The translations under genes and the position numbers were made by a program. The notes below the pieces were generated by a model, which searched no databases, was not told where the DNA came from, and was given only the letters and a program-made list of their open reading frames with translations. Shown here piece after piece: positions 35,146 to 48,929 of a DNA stretch of 64,000 nucleotides (positions within the stretch are counted from its first letter, which is position 1; every line of letters starts with the position of its first letter). Source of the stretch: Lama glama (Eukaryota); the NCBI GenBank assembly GCA_028534125.1, contig CM052818.1:32800001-32864000 (forward strand). The letters run 5' to 3'.

Positions 35146-38100
35146 GAGATAGGTAGGCCTAAGAGGGGAACAGAGACCAGAGGGGTCAGACAGGAACTAC
35201 TGCCTCCTAGAACACTCGGGAGAACAAGGATTTTCAGAACTAAGGTGGAGGGAAAGGTAGGGCAAGGTGAGATGTTTAGAGAAAGCTAAGGAGAAAATAA
35301 CCTTGGCCAGAAATGAGATGATCTCAGGTAAATTGGTGGAAAGTACCAAATCCAAGGGCTCTCTGAGACATTTCATAAGGGTTTCCAAGCTGCACACTCA
35401 CCCTCTATGGGTCTGTAACTGCCTGGGTCTGCTGGGTCCTGTCAGCTCTCTGCCATTCATCTGGATAGAGGGATCTGCCTCTGGAGTTTGGATAACACAT
35501 CTAAATTGCATCCCAGTGAATGAATGGACATCATTTTGAAACTAGATCCTCCAGCTACAATTGAATGTCTGTTTCCTTAAGGGGGAAACAAGACTTACTG
35601 AATAACCCAATTCAACCAACTTTGCTATTTGTTTGGGGGTTAATTATAGTAGACACTCTAAATGTATTTTTTTCTGTGATAGCTTTTTTCATTATATAAT
35701 TCATTCTTTGGGATTTAACTCACTTTAAATTTTTATTTAAAATTAAAATATGCAGATGAACAGATTAGTGTAGTTGACCAGCAGGTGAACCAGGATCACG
35801 GGGCAGCTGGGGAGCTGGTGACAAAAGTGTAAATGGACGTTGGCCTCCAGGTTCAAATCTCCTATTATCACTCTCTACAGCAGTGATTCTCAAATACTGC
35901 AATGGATAGGGATGGGTGGGCCAGGAGGCACTGCACGGTTTGAAAAACTGATCCCTCCTCCCTCCCATTTGAAATTCACTGATCTACACAATTCATCTCA
36001 TTTTACTTTGGGTCTTCTTGAAACCTCTTCTGACAGAGCAAAACAAAACATGAGTTTTACAACTCAAGATGGAAAACAGTTCTATTTATTTAGAAGTGGC
36101 CAGCAGAAGAGCTGTGAAGAACAGAATGATTCCTAAATCAGCAAACCCCATGAGTTTGGATGATACAAACCAAGAGACTGTGGCTGGGATCAGCCTCATT
36201 CACTGGCAAGAAGCTGCCCAATAAATCACAAGATAGAACCATTTTAAGGCCTCTCTTTTCCAAAAAGAAGAGAGGAGTGTGTCTTAGACTCATATTCATT
36301 TCAAAAGGATCAAAGGCAAGGAAGTTCTTTTAGAATTTGAATCTGTGGAAAGTAACTAACTTGAGTAAGATGACAAAACCATTCTCCACCAAATTAGAGT
36401 GAACTGAAGGGGTACTGCACTCTCAAAACACACCCCCTTTTACCCCCAAGGATAAAACGTAACTGTGGGGCTTTAGACAGATTAGTAACATAAGGAAAAC
36501 ATTAAGCGAGCCTGGAAGAGACTAAGGCTGATCCTGGCATCAGCACTGGAGAAGTACTGGAACTGCATCAGTGTAGCTATTAAACACATCTGAAATCATA
36601 TGAAACCTAGAGTCATCAGCCAGAATCATATACATTTTACAGTTTGAATGAACCCTAGAGAAGTTATCCTCCTCTGGACTCAAAAATCTGTGGGCTGGAC
36701 TGGAGTAGGAAACTCATCCATGCCTCTGGCAGAGCACATATCACACAGAATTCATTGTCTGAATCTTCTAGACTGGGCTTCTTGACTGCAAAGACTACAT
36801 TCTTTATCTTTGAATTCTTGACATCTGGCACAGTGTCTGACATTAAGTGTCCAGCGATGTTTGTTAAACCAATAAGAGTAAGCGAGAGTATGAATCCTAG
36901 GGCAACAGGGAAAACTCTTTCTCCGATCTCCCAGGGCATGCAGGGCAAAATTTCCCAAAACCCCAAAAGTGAGCTTGACCTCAGTGTGTCTTTTTTCAGG
37001 TGAACACCTCAAGTCACAGGTAAGCATTTGCTTGACTGCCCAGAGCTATCACTTCCATCATCGTTATTAACAACAGGGCTTGCTTGTTTGGTCTTATTGG
37101 AGTATTAGAATGAGTTCACTCACAGTCAAGTTCCCTGCTTCAATTATAGCAGAAAAAAAAATTTGGGCAGACAAGTGGCTTGGATTCAAGTGATTCAGTA
37201 GTGTTTTACTTTTGAAGTCTGAAGTATCAAGGGTGGATAAAAACGGCATCTTGTTTGAAGTTAAAAGTGCGGGTTATCTCCTCATGGAAAAAGATTAAAT
37301 GTAATTCTATCTACCTTATGACTATAATGGTTCATCAGATTTAGTAACTGTTGGGAAATAATCATATCTTTTCTGTATCTAAATTATTTGGTTCTTTTTT
37401 TCTGAAAAGACTAAAAATACTGTGAACCCTTAATTTCAGTGGCACAAAGAATTGTGCATTGCATATTTATAAACCAGCCACAAGACAAAGGGAAGCAATA
37501 AAGAATTAAACATTACATTCTCTTAGAAATATTCTTTCAGTATTACATAAATATCTTTGCTTTTCCATTTTCTTTCTGAAACCAAGTAACCCTTTGACAT
37601 TTCAAAGTGAAATAACTACACACACAATTTTTATATAGAGGCAAGAATGACTTTTTTTTTAGAGGAGTAAGTGTAATTAACCACACATGGCATATTATTC
37701 ATTATCCTATGACCTTTGTAATTTATTTCATATTCTGAAAATGTTTGCTTCTAAAATTAGTCAGGAAAATGAGGGGATGTCATGGGTGCTTTGCTGGCTG
37801 TACATTACAGGGGATTATACCTAGGAGACTTTTCAAATGTGTTTTAAAAATGTGTGCTTGTCTGCTTTGGCATGTATAAGGTTTAATGAAGCCTAGTGAT
37901 TTGGATTTACAGAGAGACTCTCCATTCAATGTCCTGAGAAATTCTAAGTAGCTGTAAAGGATAGTGCCTGGTGGGGTAAGGAGAGGAAGCAGGTGAGGCA
38001 AGGGTACAAATGGAGATCCACATACTCTATGTCTTTAATTTGTAAAAAAGCCAAAACAAAACAAAACAAAAGCAAGAAACTATTATATGATTGTCCTATT

Positions 38101-38304
38101 CTTCTATCTTGGCAAATTAATGCCAAAATCCCAAAACATTGATAAAGCTATAGTCTCAATATGATGAAGGTAGCAAAATATCCAAGATAGCTGAATTTAA
38201 TTGCTGCACGTTTGGATGAACTAGTGACGTTCTGTATGAGTAACAAAAGACATAAATCATTTATTCCACATTTTCTTCATTTCAGCAAAATCACTGATAA
38301 TAGG

Positions 38305-38422
38305 TTTTTTTTTTGAGAAGAGTGGGTATAATTAGGTATTTACTTATTTATTTATTCATTTATTTTAATGGAGGTACTAGGGATTGAACCCAGGACTACC
38401 ACTGAGCACTCTACCCTCCCCC
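38305..38422 (-). mobile_element. tRNA-derived camelid SINE (Vic-1-like), internally deleted
   Basis: Reverse complement ggggagggtagagtgctcagtggtag|tcctgggttcaatccctagtacctcc...acctaatta...poly(A); A and B boxes are juxtaposed. Confidence 0.82.
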
Positions 38423-39233
38423 TAAAGTTTGAGTGTATTTTTATAAAAATGTAAGTTAAAGTGAATGTACACTTTAAATTATAATTACTTTGAATGTTTT
38501 CAAAAAGTATTATTTTAAAATATTTGTATTATCTATTAAAACTAAAGATAAAATAAAATAATACATGAATATATCAACATTTTATATAAAAATTATTTAA
38601 ATATAGATGAACTTTTAAATTTGTCTTTGAATATTTGATTAAATCTTATTAAATATATAAAAATTAAATTATTGCAGTCTTACGTTTAATACCCATCTAG
38701 TTTTCAATATAAAGAATCAGTATTGTGCCTCATGCAAGCTACATCTACATATTTACATTCTAAAAGTAATACGAATGGTTTGCTGTTGTGAAATATCCTC
38801 AGTCACCTGAGCAACTGTTGCAAATACCATCTAATTCTCTAGTACCTCCAGGGCTGTGAGATGGAACACAAAGAGAAGCAAGAAAAGGAATGCTCAGCAC
38901 TCCGGGATAATGATACTTTGTTATGCAAGAATCTATTGCATGCATACTCTTTGAGAGGAAGGATTTGACAACTTAATTCGTTCGTCTTTTCTTACCTAAG
39001 AGCTTCTGCCACTCAGGTCTTTTCAGAGCAGTTTTAATTTCTAATATGGGCAGGAAGACAACCCACAAACCTTTTGTTTTGAAGACAGGGCAAAAGAGGT
39101 ACAGAACAGTTCCTGTGAGTCCAAGATGGTGTTAGGTCAAGAAGAAATGTTCAGGATCATGGATTACAATGGGCCAGCAAGGAGTGCTGGATCTCAGGGA
39201 CCAGTGGCACCCGTATGGCCTTTAATCAAGTTA

Positions 39234-39234
<1 letters not shown>

Positions 39235-39301
<67 letters not shown>
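39235..39301. repeat. (TG)n microsatellite
   Basis: Directly visible. Confidence 0.97.
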
Positions 39302-39502
39302 GGTAAATACAGGGTGCAGGGCAGGGGGCTCTACTGTCTGGCTCTCAGGGTGATGCTATCTGGAAATTCAAGAGGAATCATTCTGAAAACACCTCTAGTG
39401 TCAGAATTCAGAAGCAGATGTTTATGTGGTAGATATCTTGCTTTAATTAGCAAATTATAAATAACAGTTATACCAAAATTTTACTTCCCATTTTGCTGAG
39501 TA

Positions 39503-39778
39503 GTTTTTTCTTTTTCCTTCCTTCCTCCTCCCTTTCTGTCTTTTTTTCCTTCTTCCCTTCCCTTCTTTTCCCCTTCCTATCTTTCTTTCCTTCTTTTCTT
39601 TCTTCCTTCCTTCCTTTCTTTCTTCCTTTCTTTCTTTCTTTCTTCCTTTCTTCCTTTCTTTCTCTTTCCTTCTTTCTTCCTTCTTTCTTCCTTCCTTCCT
39701 TCTTTTCGTTCTTTCTTTCTTCCTTTTCTTTCTTTCTTTCTTCTTTCTCCTCTCTCTCTTCCTTTTTTTTCTCTCCCA
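39503..39778. repeat. Polypyrimidine/polypurine low-complexity tract ((TTTC)n/(TTCC)n)
   Basis: About 275 bp almost entirely C/T on the plus strand. Confidence 0.97.
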
Positions 39779-39869
39779 CTGCCTCCTAGGTATTGACAGC
39801 ACAAATCTAAACTGTTCTGGGATTCACCAGTCAGTTTGCATTCTGACCTTGGTGCTAGAATGCTGGGTT

Positions 39870-40715
39870 TTTTTGGTAGTTGTTTGTTTGTTTTGGTTAA
39901 CAGTCTTATTGAGATATAATTCACATGCCACATGTATACTTTATCTGCTTTAAGTGTGCATGTCGGTTTTTTGAAATTCAGAGTTGTCCAGTAATTATCA
40001 CAATTAACTTTAGAACATTTTCATTATCCCAAAAGGAAACTGTATTGCCATTAGCAGTCACTCCCTATTTCCTCCCAAACTCCTCCCCAACTCCCAACCC
40101 TAGACAATCACTAACTTACTTTAGGTATCTACAGATGTGCCTATTCTGGACATTTCATATAGTTGACATCCTACAATATGTAGTCTTTCGTGACTGGCTT
40201 CTTTCACTTACAGTGCTTCAAGTTTCACCCATGTTGTAGTATGTGTCAGGACTTCCTTTTTGCTGCTGAATAACATTCTGCTGTACAGATATACCACATT
40301 TTATTTATCCATTCATCAAAGGATGGACATTTGAATTGTTTCCAATGAATATTTGAGTTGTTTTTGGTTATTATGAATAATGCTGCTATGAACATTCACA
40401 AACAAGTTTTTGTGTAGACGTATGTTTTCATTTCTCTTGAATGTATACTTAGGATGAAATTGCTGGATCATATGGTAACTCTTATGTGTAACATTTTGGG
40501 GAATTGCCAGGCTGTTTTCCAAAGAGGCTGTACTATTTCACATTCCCACTAGCAACATATAAAGGTTCTGATTTCTCCACATCCTTGTCAACACTCATTA
40601 TTGTTTGTCTTTTTTGTTAAAGCCATCCTAGAGAGTGGGAAATGACATCTTATTGTTATTTTGCTTTGTCTTTCTCTACTGGCTAATGATGCTGATATTT
40701 CTTTTTAGTTGGCTA
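39870..40715 (-). mobile_element. L1MB-type LINE-1 3' end
   Basis: cagtcttattgagatataattcacatgccac...gcctattctggacatttcatat...ttctccacatccttgtcaacact...agccatccta. Confidence 0.9.
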
Positions 40716-41689
40716 TTCCTGAAGAGAGAGAAAACAAAAGTCTTTGTGAGCACCCTCACTCAATGCCGTGCTTGTCGCATTTAGATATAAACCAAATCAG
40801 AGAACAAAAGTGTTGGAAGGGCCCTTAGACCCAAGGGAGGCACCTGCTTTACAACCTAGCTTACCTACAGTTCTGGGTGTTTACCACTTCCACCGTTGGA
40901 AAGTTCTGATCTTTACAATCTTTAGTGAGATTTTTTTTTTTAATCTGAAACTTTTTTTCCCCTCTGCAATTTTGAGTTCTGAGCCTAGCTTTGTGCTTTG
41001 AAGCAAGCTAAGCTCTCTCTTCACCTCCAGGATCCTTCTCGTTTACTTGACTAAACCCATCTACATATTTTTAAAGACACGCTTTGGCAGTCCCCTAAGC
41101 CTTTGCCTTTTCCTTTTCCCTTTAGTGAACCCAGCCCAAAGCTGATGTGCAGATATGGCCATGCTTTCAGGCTTGACAACTCAGCAGGGATCCTCCCGGA
41201 AAGCCCTTAGGTCAGAAGGGTCCCTGCTAAAGTCTGGGCAGAAGGGGCAAAGGTAACTTAAAGAAACATTCTGAAATCACCTTGCTTTGCTTTTAGTTAC
41301 TATTTTTATTTTGAAATTTCAAAATAACTTTAAGAAGGTGTTCATGATTTTTATGTTTACTGTGAGGGAACAAAGGTTTTTAAAAGGCATTGAGGATGCA
41401 CTCTATAAAGACAGAGGCTGGTCCTCCTACCTTCTGCATAAAAAAGATGCTTTTAGCTCATTTCCCTTTACCAGGCACACACTGAAAAGGCACCTGTGAT
41501 TATTGCTCTGTGACTTTGAGTGTGTGAATATATCCGTGCATTAGCTCCAGGCCCTTGGTCCCCCGGGTCTGCTGTGAACCTGGTCTTCCTCCCCTGATTC
41601 ATTGAGTCTTTAATGCTCTCAGTTCAGACCGCTAAAGGATTCTCTCTCCTGCATTTACTCAGACTTTGGAACACTATGGGCAAAATGCC

Positions 41690-42405
41690 CCAAGCTAACT
41701 TCTCTTATTTCATATTCCGAATCCTCCATTCTTTCTCATCCAAACTGATGATTCTTCTCTTGAAGACACCACGCCCACTCTCCGTTTCTTAGAGAGGCCT
41801 CATCTTTCTCTTGCTCTCTGCCACCACCTTTGGAACCGGGACTGTTGCACCAGCCTCCCTTCTCTGTTCCTCAGGCTCTAGTCTCTCTCTACTGGGTGCT
41901 ACTGCCCACGGCTGCCACACTGACTTTCTGAAAGCACAGGCTTCCCCTCCCCCCCAACCCAGCGCAGTAGCCTGGAATGGAATTAGAGACCCTTCCGAAT
42001 CTGAACTTCTCACCTCGGCAGGGGGCACGTCTTTCTCTCTTGGCATGGTGCCAGCCCAGTGACCTAGAAGCTACAAGTGGCCTTAATGTGCGGGTGACTG
42101 GATCCCAGGAATGGCTCACTGAATTCCTTTTCCTGGAACACATGGAGCTGATGCTCTTCTCAAAGCCTTTGCATTAGGCTGGTCCCTCTGGTTGGAACAT
42201 TCTTGCAAGTATTCTCCCCTGGGCTTCCTCCTTTTTCATTATTCAGATGTCAGCTCAGATAGCACTTCCTCTGAGCCACCTTCCCTGGCGGCCCTCCAGG
42301 GGAGCTCAGTGGGGGTTTCTGTTTGCTTTGTTCATTGCAGTATTCCTGGCACTGAGAACAGTGCTAGCAGGCGGCAGGTACTTGATAAATACTTGCTGAA
42401 TTATT
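41690..42405 (+). mobile_element. L2 LINE fragments
   Basis: cagatgtcagctcagatagcacttcctc...gctttgttcattgcagtattcctggcactgagaacagtgc...caggtacttgataaatacttgctgaat (L2 3' terminus). Confidence 0.7.
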
Positions 42406-43681
42406 AGAATAAAGAAGCTTCTACATAAAGTACTGGTTGCATGAGTTCTGCCATTCTTACGCAGAAACTGAGGAATGAACAAAGAAAGGAGGAATGAACA
42501 AGAGAAGAGGGGAAAAGAGCTCCTTGTGGGGCAGAGGATGAACCTGGATACCTAGAGAGAAAATAGGGCACAGGGTTCAGGGCCTGTCCTTCACTTCCTC
42601 TGATGTAGAGAATGCTTTTTGCTGTGATTAAAGCAAAAACCAGGCTTATCTCAGAAAAGGACATTTTTGAAGAACCCAGAAAAGGAAACAACCCCTCTCC
42701 CCATCCCTCCTGCCTCTTCTCATTTTCCAGTTTGCATCACCAAAATTAAAAATGGGTAGATAAGTGTCAATTCCCACCACATGTTAGATAATTTCCTAAA
42801 AGTAGTAGCAAAAATGGGGTCCCAATTCAAGGGACAAAAATTGTCTGAATTATCTGAAATTTTAAAAAGCATTTCCTTCTAAAGGACGCATTATTTCCTG
42901 AAACTTTTTGGCTGCTCTTGAAGGTGTTTTGTTCTCGACTGAGCGAATTACTTGTCATGATGGAAACTGACAATATATAAAGGCTGTTCCCAGCTCAGGA
43001 TCCCATTGTGTAACTATTCTGGATCTTCTTTTGTCAAACTGGATCTTCTGCTTCCTTTGCCAACTGACATCAAGTGGATGCATTAGGTCATGATGCTAAT
43101 ATGAAAGAGTTTCCGTACTTGTTTTTCTTTCTCCTTTCTTACCCTCTTTTTATTACATGTAACAAGTCAGATTGTAATTATGAAAGTGAGGAACTGAGGC
43201 AGCTGGCTAGCTCTCTAAGGATGAGAAATGCTGCTGGTCTTGTTTAGACCTCTCAGCAACAGCCAAAGGGTATTTGTCACATGATTATTTAAGATATGCC
43301 ATTATCCAAGGTTAAAATGACATCACCGAGTGAATTACTCTGGGCTGTTGTGAATCTGCAGTGCCCGATTTGCCAGGGAAAATGAAATCATTAACTCCTT
43401 TTACTCCTCTCCTTCCCCATGGAAGTGGCAGTCTTTCTCTAGTGGTTTTGGTTTTATGCTGAAGAGAAATTTGGTCCAGTTCTTTCTGGTACATGAAACT
43501 GTCGTAGAAACTAAGGCTTCATCAATGTAATTATCCAGTACTTAGACCTCTGTACATGCTGTGTTTTCTCACCTCTCTGGATTTTGGTGCATGATGTTTC
43601 CTCTGTCTGGCGTGGTCTTCTCCCTGGTCATCTCCCCTTGTCTTTCTGGCAAACTCTCACTCATCCTTTAGGACCATTTCA

Positions 43682-43821
43682 GGGGGAGGGTATAGCTCAA
43701 GTAGCAGTGTGCATGCTTAGCATGCACTAGGTCCTGGGTTCAATCCCCAGTACCTCCTCTAAAAATTAAGTGAATAAACCTAATTACCTCCCCACAAAAA
43801 GAAAGTAAAAAAAAAAAAAAA
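43682..43821 (+). mobile_element. tRNA-derived camelid SINE (Vic-1-like), full length
   Basis: ggggagggtatagctcaagtagcagtgtgcatgcttagcatgcactaggtcctgggttcaatccccagtacctcc (A and B boxes), poly(A) tail, perfect 12-bp TSD aggaccatttca (43670-43681, 43822-43833). Confidence 0.93.
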
Positions 43822-43879
43822 AGGACCATTTCAAATGATTCCCCCTACATGAATTTTCAAGTACATACACATTTAGAGT

Positions 43880-44300
43880 TATTACATCTACCTAATGAAT
43901 TAACATTTTTATCAAAATGTAGTGACTCACTTTATCCCTAATAATGCTTTTTGTCTTAAACTCATTTGTCTGATGTAATAGCCACATTAACTTTCATTTT
44001 GTTCTGGGTTTTTTTTTGGTTAGTATTTGCTGGCTCTGTCTTTCTTCATACTTCTATTTTCTATCCTTCTGCATTCTTACAGTTTAGCAAATCTCTTGTT
44101 AAAAAAATATATTTGGATTTATAGTATTTTTCAATCTAATATTTTCTCTGTTTTTAATGTCAATTTAATCCATTTACATTTATTGTGATTACTGATATTT
44201 GGATTTATTTTTATAATCTCATTTTGTACTCCCAGTTGAACTGCTTTTTCTCTGCTTTCTTCTCTTCCACTTTTTCTAATGTTAAACTTTGTGATTCTTC
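43880..44300 (-). mobile_element. Ancient L1M internal fragment
   Basis: ggttagtatttgctggctctgtctttcttcatac...tttaatccatttacatttattgtgattactgatatttgga. Confidence 0.7.
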
Positions 44301-44989
44301 CTTTTTCATAAACAAGTTTGATGTGGTACTCATATGGGATTGAATCAACGATTTCTGTCTTCTTGTTTTTTAAGAGTTTCTGCTAAGTAGGCAAATGAGA
44401 AAATGCTAGAGGCTATTTATAACTACTCATTGCATCACCAAGAAAGAAGAATAGCTAAGAAGGGACTTGGTGAAAAACTTGATTTCTGAATAATTCTCAC
44501 TGGGGACTAAAGCAATTTAGCAGCCAAGTAGCTAGTTTTTGAAATGATGCGTTAGCATAGTGTGCAGTGCTGGATAGAGAAGGATGGAATCTGTGTAGAG
44601 TATCTGCTTCCAATGGGAGGATGGTGCCTAAGGGGCAAATCCTTGTAAGTTTGGCATACCTATCCTGCTATGCCCTGTGTGACTGCATGGGGGAGGTAAG
44701 TCTCCCCCAGTTTGTCTCAGTTCAGTTGACTATAAAACCCTCGGGTACTCAATGTGTCATAATCATACTTGGCCTCTCTTGGCTAGAAATCAATCACAAA
44801 CAAAACATAAGGGAGCCATTAAATTGTGTGGCAGGACTCAGTTATAATTAGACTGCCCAATGATCCAGAATATTCTTCTATTTTCAAGATGATCATGTAA
44901 GTAAAAATATGTATTTTTAAAACATACTTACGGAAAATTTTGTTTTGTGGTCTCTTTTTTTGGATTTTTTTTTCTTTAAATCAGGAAAA

Positions 44990-45250
44990 ACAAGTGCAGC
45001 ATAGAAGTTAATGGCCTGGAATCTGGGGTTTAATACAGACTGAGGTTTGAATACTGATTCTTCTGTGTATTACAGTATAATAAGACAGTTTACTTAAGCT
45101 TGCTAAACCTCAATTTCCTCATATTCTAAGCGAGGCTAATGATAAATCTACACATAGAGTTGTTGTGAGAATTTACTAAATTAAAACAGAATAAATTATA
45201 AGGTCTTTGGTAAAAAGTACTCAAAAAACGGTAGTAGCTATTATAATGAT
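44990..45250 (+). mobile_element. MIR SINE
   Basis: gtgcagcatagaagttaa...aggtttgaatactgattc...aaacctcaatttcctcat...cacatagagttgttgtgagaattt. Confidence 0.8.
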
Positions 45251-46469
45251 TTTTTTTTTTAATAAGTTGCTCCTTGAAGGAATTCCTTCTTCAACTCCTG
45301 GTCCCTTAGCTTGGAGTAATAGGTGGAGGATGGGGTCGTGGGATGGAGCTGGAAACTAGGTGATCTCTTTGCTTCAGGGATTTAACAGGCTGAGTATGGT
45401 GGAAATCCCTTTGAACTTTAAGATGCCCTGAAGGAGGTCAGGAGTATGACTTATACCCTCATGTGTGCCATCCAGAGCCAACAGGTATCAAGGGTGTTGG
45501 TAAACTCTTTGTTTCAGCAAGACATGATCTATTAAATTTTATGCCCTCATATCCTAATTTCCTGTCCAAACCCCGTTGGAAAGCTGTGGGGTACCACAGA
45601 GCTGCCAGTCTTCTCATTCTCAGGAATTCTTACTTCAAGGGCTAGGGGGGATCCTGTCCTGGAATGCTGATGTAGAATGGAGAATGCGTTTTCCTACACA
45701 AACATGTGATTATTTGTAGGTGATATGTACCATCAGACTCAATACTATTAACAGCGGGTAAAATAAGGCCTTTAGGACCTACCTGAGATCCCACCCTGTT
45801 TAAATAATATGTTTTCCTATCGGAAATATGTTCTCAGTTCCAAATAATTAATTTGCAAGTAAAATATTGAAACATAAGCCATTAGGAAAATGGGGCTGCA
45901 ATCCTTCACATCTTTAGTGTCGGAAAAGGAAGAAAAATTCTACCTACCGCCCAAAGTGTGGGAACAGTTGAACCATGTGCCTTTTTCTAAATTGGATGTC
46001 AGCCAGGATAACACATGAGCAGTTTCATGCAAAGAGCAACACTGGCTCCTTAGTGACCATCATGGGTGGGGACAGTGCATGAGGTTTGGTCCCAAAGCCA
46101 CCCCTGTGCCCTTGCTGTATCTGGATGCCTCATTATTCCTTGGAGAGTCTTCCTCAGAGGAGAGAAGGCCATCTTCCTTCTCAGGGCTTTCTGTAAGTTT
46201 CTGAGTATTGCCTAGAAGGGGTCTCTGTGCCTATACTCCCTCACCCTAAATTGTTCTGGCTTTGAGCAGCTCTCCAAACTCTCTGTGGGTCCCTCTCCAT
46301 CCTTTTGTCACTCGTTTCTAGTGTTTGACTGCTCCGGGCATGGGTCTCCCACTAATCAGTCAGCTAACAGGCAGATGCCGAGAGTCTACTATTGCTCAGG
46401 ATTCCTCTAGGCTCCGTAACGGTACAGAAAAGAAAAAGACAGAATCTCTGCTCTGAAGGACAGCTAGTT

Positions 46470-46708
46470 CGGGAAGCAGTGTATCTTAAGATATTAAAGC
46501 ACAAAAGTCAAGTCATCCAGCCCTGACCTGAATCCCAGGTCTGCCATTTGTTAGGTGTGGACCTTGAGTCCCAGTCTTTTCATCGATAAAATGAGGATGA
46601 GAGGAATAGCTGTCTCATAGAGTTGTCATGAATTGCATTGCAAACTAAAGCGCTTAGCAGTGTCTGTATATGGTAAGTACTCAATAAATGTTAGGTATTA
46701 TTATTTTT
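46470..46708 (+). mobile_element. MIR SINE
   Basis: ctgaatcccaggtctgccatttgttaggtgtggaccttgag...taaaatgagga...gtaagtactcaataaatgttag. Confidence 0.85.
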
Positions 46709-46725
46709 TTTAAATCATTATTAAG

Positions 46726-46868
46726 GCAGGGAGGGTGTAGCTCAGTGGTAGAGTGCATGCTTAGCATGCACAAGGTCCTGGGTTCAACCCCTAGCACCTC
46801 CACTAAAAACTAAATAAATGAAACTAATTACCTCCCCCCACCAAAAAATAAATAAATAAAAATTTAAA
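46726..46868 (+). mobile_element. tRNA-derived camelid SINE (Vic-1-like), full length
   Basis: gggagggtgtagctcagtggtagagtgcatgcttagcatgcacaaggtcctgggttcaacccctagcacctcc, A-rich tail, TSD aaat(c/t)attattaag (46712-46725, 46869-46882). Confidence 0.93.
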
Positions 46869-48929
46869 AAATTATTATTAAGTCCCAGATGGGGTATAAA
46901 CTAGCCTGGACTGTGTAGGAACCTAATAACACTTCCCTCAATGCCCTCCTTCATCTTCACAGACCTGGGGGAGAAAGTAGTGCTTTGTGGGTCACAGAAA
47001 TGGTTAAAGATGACCTGGTGAGGGAAGGGCTTTGGGGCACATTGAAGAGCTGCTGTTGACTCCTTGGCCAAGGCAGTCTGCCTATGTTGGTTCAGTTCTG
47101 CACTGGGCCCCTTGTTGGGCTTAGAAAGCAAACAATTGGAACTTCCTTTGCCTTTGAAGAATTGGCTAGCTAGGTGAGGATTCAAGACACACACACAGGA
47201 TGAAGCTTTAATATAATGAAGCAGCATCTTAATTAACAAGAACAAAATGATGTGGTAAATACTCAGTATAAAGAAATGCTTATGAATAAGTCTAAACTCT
47301 GGACTCCAGATAAAATGTTCTGAATATGTCAGTACCACCCAAAGCTCCATGGCTTCGCAGCAGAGAGGCCCTTTTCTTACCCCCAGCCCCAGAACCCTGC
47401 CTCTCTGTCCCCTGTGTCGGTTTCTCTTCTCAGACCAACTATGGTCTGGACCAGCCGGTGAAATGTAATTCTGAGTCCTGCCCACAGCCTTTGGTGATTT
47501 TGGATGAAAGGCCAGAGAGACTTCCTAGGGGAGCCCCATGTTTGTTTTCGTGTTTTAGAGCCAGGAGTGGTGGAGTGATGAATGGTGAAAGCTCTCCCTT
47601 TAAAAGAGCGAGGTTGACTTCAGGTGACCCTGACTGGCTGGGCTTTTGCCGAGAACGATGTTTACTTTGCAGGCTAATGACAGGGCTGGCTTTCTGGGAG
47701 TGTTGCAATGAGAGAGACTCAGAGGCCTCTGCGGACCTCCTCTGTAGCAAGGCTGTTCCAGCCGGCATCTCGAGGGCAGTTCCACTGAGCTTGGAATTTG
47801 GGTGTGAGACACAGCTTTTGTCAGAAGATTTTTAAGCAGATGTCTGTGTGGGTTTGCCCTCTGGATAAACGTGTGTGTTCAGCAGCAACCACATCTCATT
47901 CTCTTACTTGATTAACTGTGTGACTGTGAGAAGAAAAGCAAAACCAAGACAAAGTAAAAACCATGGTTGTGATTCTAGATTATTTAAAAATATCCTTATG
48001 GAATTTGAAGGTATTATAGAAATCATCTGCAGATATGAAAAACTGAATCCCAGAGAAGGCAAGTGCTCTGTCCAAGGTCACACAACAAGTGAGTGACAGA
48101 GCCAAGACTGAAACTAGGTTTTCAGCTCTTGTCCTGTTCTCTTTTCCTTATTCTACTTCTGTTGACAACCATGGACAGTTTTTTCTCCCTTTCATTCAAC
48201 TCTTCTTTTTCCCCAAACCTCTGAAAGAGCCAAAATGATCCCGGAAATCCTAAATCATTTCCAAAGGCAGTATGTTGTCTGTTGGCCATGTTGTGTGGTT
48301 TGCTATTTCAATTAAGTTGTTCAACATTTTATATGACAGCATGCAAATTACCACTGATTCTAAACAAATCAATTCAGGTATTCAGAATTTATAAATATAA
48401 AGAATCTTGCTTCCTGTCTCATCTGATTTCTTCCCTGGCTGTCTTCCCTCCACCTGCCTCCGCTGAGATACTTTTTAAAGAGGCTTCATTTGGCATACAA
48501 ATTCTGGTGAAATCCTTAACATTTTTCTTCTTCTCTAATTTTTATATGCTCATTGTTATAATGATCAACATTATAATAATTTATATTTTGCAGATTATTT
48601 TAGTATATTAATTTTGCCCTATAACTCTCTCAAGTTCTCTAATGAGAAGGGGAAGGAGGGTGCAGACAGGACTAGGTAGAGAGACTTTTGAAAATGTGGG
48701 CAGTGTGTTTGTGAATGTCTGGGCAGTGGAATATTTTTGTGGCACGGTGGATGTTTTGAACTCTCTGGAAACTAATAAGCAAGCTCCACACATACACTTG
48801 ATGGAAGTTCTCCAGACTTTGGACAACACAGAAGCCTTTCAGATGTCTGAACTGTGTCCAAGTCAGATTATGGCCTAGTGTGCTTCCAGGCGGAAGGCGG
48901 AGTGGATCAGAGGAAGTGACACTGGTCCC

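Noticed and set aside
39455..39933. K/R/E-rich and F/S/L-rich ORFs
   Set aside because: Translations of the (TTTC)n/(TTCC)n low-complexity tract.
43682..43757. tRNA gene (also 46729-46801)
   Set aside because: tRNA-like head followed by an AT-rich body, poly(A) and TSD: a SINE, not a tRNA gene.
46901..47835. Overlapping 194-aa and 169-aa ORFs
   Set aside because: No recognisable domain, splice structure or promoter context; expected by chance. A BLASTP/PhyloCSF hit would change this.
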